This document shows, piece after piece, positions 59,837-64,000 of a stretch of DNA of 64,000 nucleotides. Position 1 is the first letter of the stretch, and each line of letters opens with the position of its first letter. Under the pieces are notes generated by a model. That model saw only the letters and a program-made list of their open reading frames with translations, did not search any database and was not told the DNA's origin. The DNA comes from Myxococcota bacterium (GTDB lineage Bacteria; Myxococcota_A; UBA9160; UBA6930): positions 2,400,001-2,464,000 of the forward strand of contig OZ245002.1 of assembly GCA_965223415.1 (NCBI GenBank). The letters are read 5' to 3'. The position numbers and the translations under genes were made by a program.

Positions 59837-60652
59837 CTAGCCCGCAGCGAGCCGTTCCCGCGCCCCGTAGGCGTTCAGGCCACTGCTGCGCAGGAAGCCC
59901 ACGAGCAGGACCCTACCTTCGGCGGCGAGATCGACCGCCAGCGACGTGGGCGCCGAGACCGCGGCGATCGCCGGGATGCGTGCAGCCAGGGCCTTCTGCA
60001 CGATCTCGAACGAGATCCGGCCCGACACCATCAGTACGTGGCCGGCGAGAGGCAGTGCGCCCGCGCGCGCTGCCCAGCCGACGACCTTGTCGACCGCGTT
60101 GTGTCGGCCGACGTCCTCCCGGGCGACGCGCAGCCCGCCGCCGGGATCGAAGAGGCCCGCGGCGTGCAGCCCGCCGGTCTCCTCGAAGACCACCTGGGCC
60201 GCGCGAAGGCGATCCGGCAGCGAGCGCAGCAGACCGGTCGTGAAGCGCGTGTCGTCGTCCAGGGGCGGCGCGACCCGCATCGCGCTCTCCAGGCTGGCCT
60301 TTCCGCACACGCCGCAGCTCGAGCTGGCGAACAGGTTGCGGCGCAGCGCTTCCAGGTCGACGCGGGCTTCGTCGGCGAGGGAGACGCGCACGACGTTCTC
60401 GTCGCCGCTGTGGTGGTGCACCGAGAGCAGCTCCTTCGGATCCGAGACGATGCCCTCGCCGTGCAGGAAGCCGGTGACCAGCTCGAGATCGTGCCCCGGC
60501 GTCCGCATCACGACGGCCAGGGAGGCGCCCCCGATCTGGATCTCGAGCGGCTCCTCGTGGGCCACGCGGTCCCCGGCGCTCTCCAGGCCGTCGCCACGGA
60601 GACGGCTCACGGCTACGGCGCGACTACCCTCCAGGATCTCGTCGCGACTCAC
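59837..60652 (-). CDS. fdhD: formate dehydrogenase accessory sulfurtransferase FdhD
   Basis: EEPLEI, MRTPG, SSCGVCG, TGGLHAA, EDVGRHNAVDK. Confidence 0.92.
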   Translation of the reverse strand: MSRDEILEGSRAVAVSRLRGDGLESAGDRVAHEEPLEIQIGGASLAVVMRTPGHDLELVTGFLHGEGIVSDPKELLSVHHHSGDENVVRVSLADEARVDLEALRRNLFASSSCGVCGKASLESAMRVAPPLDDDTRFTTGLLRSLPDRLRAAQVVFEETGGLHAAGLFDPGGGLRVAREDVGRHNAVDKVVGWAARAGALPLAGHVLMVSGRISFEIVQKALAARIPAIAAVSAPTSLAVDLAAEGRVLLVGFLRSSGLNAYGARERLAAG

Positions 60653-61461
60653 GGGGCCGGCGCCACTTCGGCGAGGAAGCGCGCCAGGCGCTCCAGGTAG
60701 GGCCGGCCGCCGATCGCCACGACGTCGTTGTGGCCGGCGCCCGCGACGGTCTCGAAGGCCTTCGGCTCCGGCGCCGCCTCGAAGAGCCGGCGGCCGAGGG
60801 ATGGTCGGATCAACCGATCGCGGTCGCCGTGGAAGAAGATCACGGGACAGCGGAGCTCGCCGACCTTGTCCACCGCGTTGAGCTTGCCTCCGAGCCAGAA
60901 GCGCAGCGGCACGCCCCAGAGCGATTTCGAGATGTCGGCCACGGAGGTGAAGGTGCTCTCCAGGACGACGCCGGCAAGCGGGCGGCCGCGGGCCACCTCG
61001 ACGGCGATGGCACCGCCCAGGGAGCGGCCGAAGACGACGATCTCCTCCTCGGCGATGCCGCGCTCCCCGGTGAGCCAGGCGAGGCCGGCCCGGGCGTCGG
61101 CGTAGACGCCCTCCTCGCTGGGGTGTACCGGGTCGGAGAGGCCGTAGCCGCGATAGTCGAGCAGCAGCACGTCCGCGCCCATGCGGGCCAGGAGCGCCGC
61201 GTTCGGAAGGCGGTGGGAGGCGTTGCCGGCGTTGCCGTGCAGGAAGAGCAGGCTCAGCCTGCGCTCGGTGGCAGGCAGGAAGAAGGCGTGGATGCGCACG
61301 CCGTCCTCGGCGTGAAGGAAGAGGGACTCGGCTTCGAGGCCCACCTCCTTCGGGTCCAGGTCGACGCCGGGGCTCGGCTGGAAGATCAGGCGGTCGAGGC
61401 AACCCATCCAGAAGAGAGGCAGGGCGAGAAGGAGAGCCGAGCCCGCGGGCCGGCGCTTCAT
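60649..61461 (-). CDS. alpha/beta hydrolase (ABHD13/BEM46-like)
   Basis: HGNAGN, DYRGYG.S, GRSLGG, HGDRD, GHND. Confidence 0.88.
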   Translation of the reverse strand: MKRRPAGSALLLALPLFWMGCLDRLIFQPSPGVDLDPKEVGLEAESLFLHAEDGVRIHAFFLPATERRLSLLFLHGNAGNASHRLPNAALLARMGADVLLLDYRGYGLSDPVHPSEEGVYADARAGLAWLTGERGIAEEEIVVFGRSLGGAIAVEVARGRPLAGVVLESTFTSVADISKSLWGVPLRFWLGGKLNAVDKVGELRCPVIFFHGDRDRLIRPSLGRRLFEAAPEPKAFETVAGAGHNDVVAIGGRPYLERLARFLAEVAPAP

Positions 61462-61772
61462 TCCATGCCGAGCTCGAGCCGGGCCGCGTCCGACATCATG
61501 GTCGGGCTCCAGGGTGGCTCCCAAACGAGATCGAGGGCGACGTCGGTCACGCCTTCGACGGTGCGTGCCTTGGCTTCGACCTCTGGTGGCAGCGTCTCCG
61601 CCACCGGGCACATCGGAGATGTGAGGGTCATGACGATCTTCACGTCGCCGGTGTCGTCTGCCTCCACTTCGTAGATGAGGCCCAGCTCGTAGATGTCGAC
61701 CGGGATCTCGGGGTCGTAGACCGTGCGCAGCACGTCGACCACGGCCTGCTTGATCGTCTGGGCGTCGGCCAC
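61458..61772 (-). CDS. sufT: DUF59 Fe-S assembly protein (SufT/PaaD-like)
   Basis: DPEIPVDIYELGLIY, MTLTSPMCPVA, VWEPPW. Confidence 0.88.
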   Translation of the reverse strand: MADAQTIKQAVVDVLRTVYDPEIPVDIYELGLIYEVEADDTGDVKIVMTLTSPMCPVAETLPPEVEAKARTVEGVTDVALDLVWEPPWSPTMMSDAARLELGME

Positions 61773-61783
61773 CGTCTCTCTCC

Positions 61784-62236
61784 TCACTCGGTCTTGGCGG
61801 TCTCGCCGGTCTGCTCGATGGCGGACTTGAGCGTGTGCCATGCGAGCGTCGCGCACTTCACGCGCATGGGGAACTCGCGCACGCCGGCGAAGACCGCGAG
61901 CTTGCCCACGCCGTCGGTGTCCGGCGTCTCCGTCGGCGAGCTCGTCACCAGCGCGTGGAAGGACTCGAAGAGGGCCAGGGCCTCGTCCACCGGCGTGCCC
62001 TTCACGGCCTCGGTCATCATCGAGGCGGAGGCGGTCGAGATGGCGCAGCCGGAGCCCTGGAAGCCCGCGTCGCTGACCACGCCGTCTTCGACCTGCAGGA
62101 AGATCTTCACCTTGTCCCCGCACAGCGGGTTGAAGCCGTCCGCCGCGCGGTTGGCAGCGTCGGGAACGCGGAAGTTCCTCGGCCGCTTGTTGTGGTCGAG
62201 GATGGTGGTCTGGTAGAGCTCGCGCAGGTCGTCCAT
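61784..62236 (-). CDS. sufU: SUF system sulfur-transfer protein SufU
   Basis: NPLCGD, GCAISTASAS, RVKCATLAWH. Confidence 0.92.
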   Translation of the reverse strand: MDDLRELYQTTILDHNKRPRNFRVPDAANRAADGFNPLCGDKVKIFLQVEDGVVSDAGFQGSGCAISTASASMMTEAVKGTPVDEALALFESFHALVTSSPTETPDTDGVGKLAVFAGVREFPMRVKCATLAWHTLKSAIEQTGETAKTE

Positions 62237-62270
62237 CAGCGGATCCGGATCGAAGCGATGGATCGGTCCA

Positions 62271-63490
<1,220 letters not shown>

Positions 63491-63494
<4 letters not shown>

Positions 63495-64000
63495 GCCGGC
63501 GCTCCGCTGGACTCGAGTCGCTCCACGAACAGCGCGCTCAGGGCCTCTGCCAGGGAGGGCTCGGGAAGCGCGGTCAGCACCTCGGCCGCGAAGCCTCGGG
63601 TGAGCAGGGCTCGGGCCTCGGCCTGGCCGATGCCGCGGCTGCGCAGGTAGAAGAGGGCCTCCGGGTCGAGCCGTCCGATCGCGGCGCCGTGGCTGCACTT
63701 GACGTCGTCGGCGTAGATCTCGAGCTGGGGCTTGGTGTCGATCTCGGCGCCGTCCGAGAGCAGCAGGTTCGGGTTCGACTGCTGAGCGTCGCTCTTCTGG
63801 GCGTCCGGCCGCACGACGACGCGACCCCGGAAGACGCCGCGGGAGCGCTCCGCCAGTACGCCTTTGTAGAGCTCGGCGCTCGTGCCGTGGGGCACGGCGT
63901 GGTCCACCCAGGTGTGGTTGTCGACGAGGGCTTCGCCGCGGCCCAGGTAGAGGCCGTTCATCGCGCACTCGGCGCCCTCGCCGGCGAGCACCACCCGGAG
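63491..64000 (-). CDS. sufD: Fe-S cluster assembly protein SufD (partial, runs off right edge)
   Basis: VFRGRVVVRPDAQK, NLLLS, KPQLEIYADDVKCSHGA, FYLRSRGI. Confidence 0.92.

Overview
High-GC (roughly 70% by eye) bacterial chromosome segment. Gene content (many SDR, enoyl-CoA hydratase, SnoaL, LLM, DUF3604, DUF3500, sulfatase and P450 genes) suggests a Myxococcota/deltaproteobacterial-type heterotroph, but that is inference only. About 55 intact metabolic and membrane genes end at the right edge in a minus-strand sufD-sufS-sufU-sufT-hydrolase-fdhD-ydeP operon. Mobile DNA: one complete ISNCY-type IS (10306-11964, 7-bp TSD) and a 7-kb IS nest (34481-41446: IS21, IS110 relic, IS5, orphan gene fragment, second IS21 with atypical CC...GG ends). 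The nest sits between two divergent genes (a P450 and a 5'-3' exonuclease) that have both lost their 5' ends. No rRNA, tRNA, CRISPR, prophage or recognisable defence system was seen. I found no clear-cut novel multi-gene system. The most unusual signals are non-coding: (i) a 13-bp motif present three times, each time inside a 6-bp direct repeat with 25-bp spacing whose sequence co-varies; (ii) a perfect 38-bp AT-rich palindrome; (iii) a 41-bp triplication of the 3' end of a gene; (iv) widespread TANNNT boxes just upstream of start codons (leaderless-type starts). All family assignments come from motif recognition by eye, not database searches.
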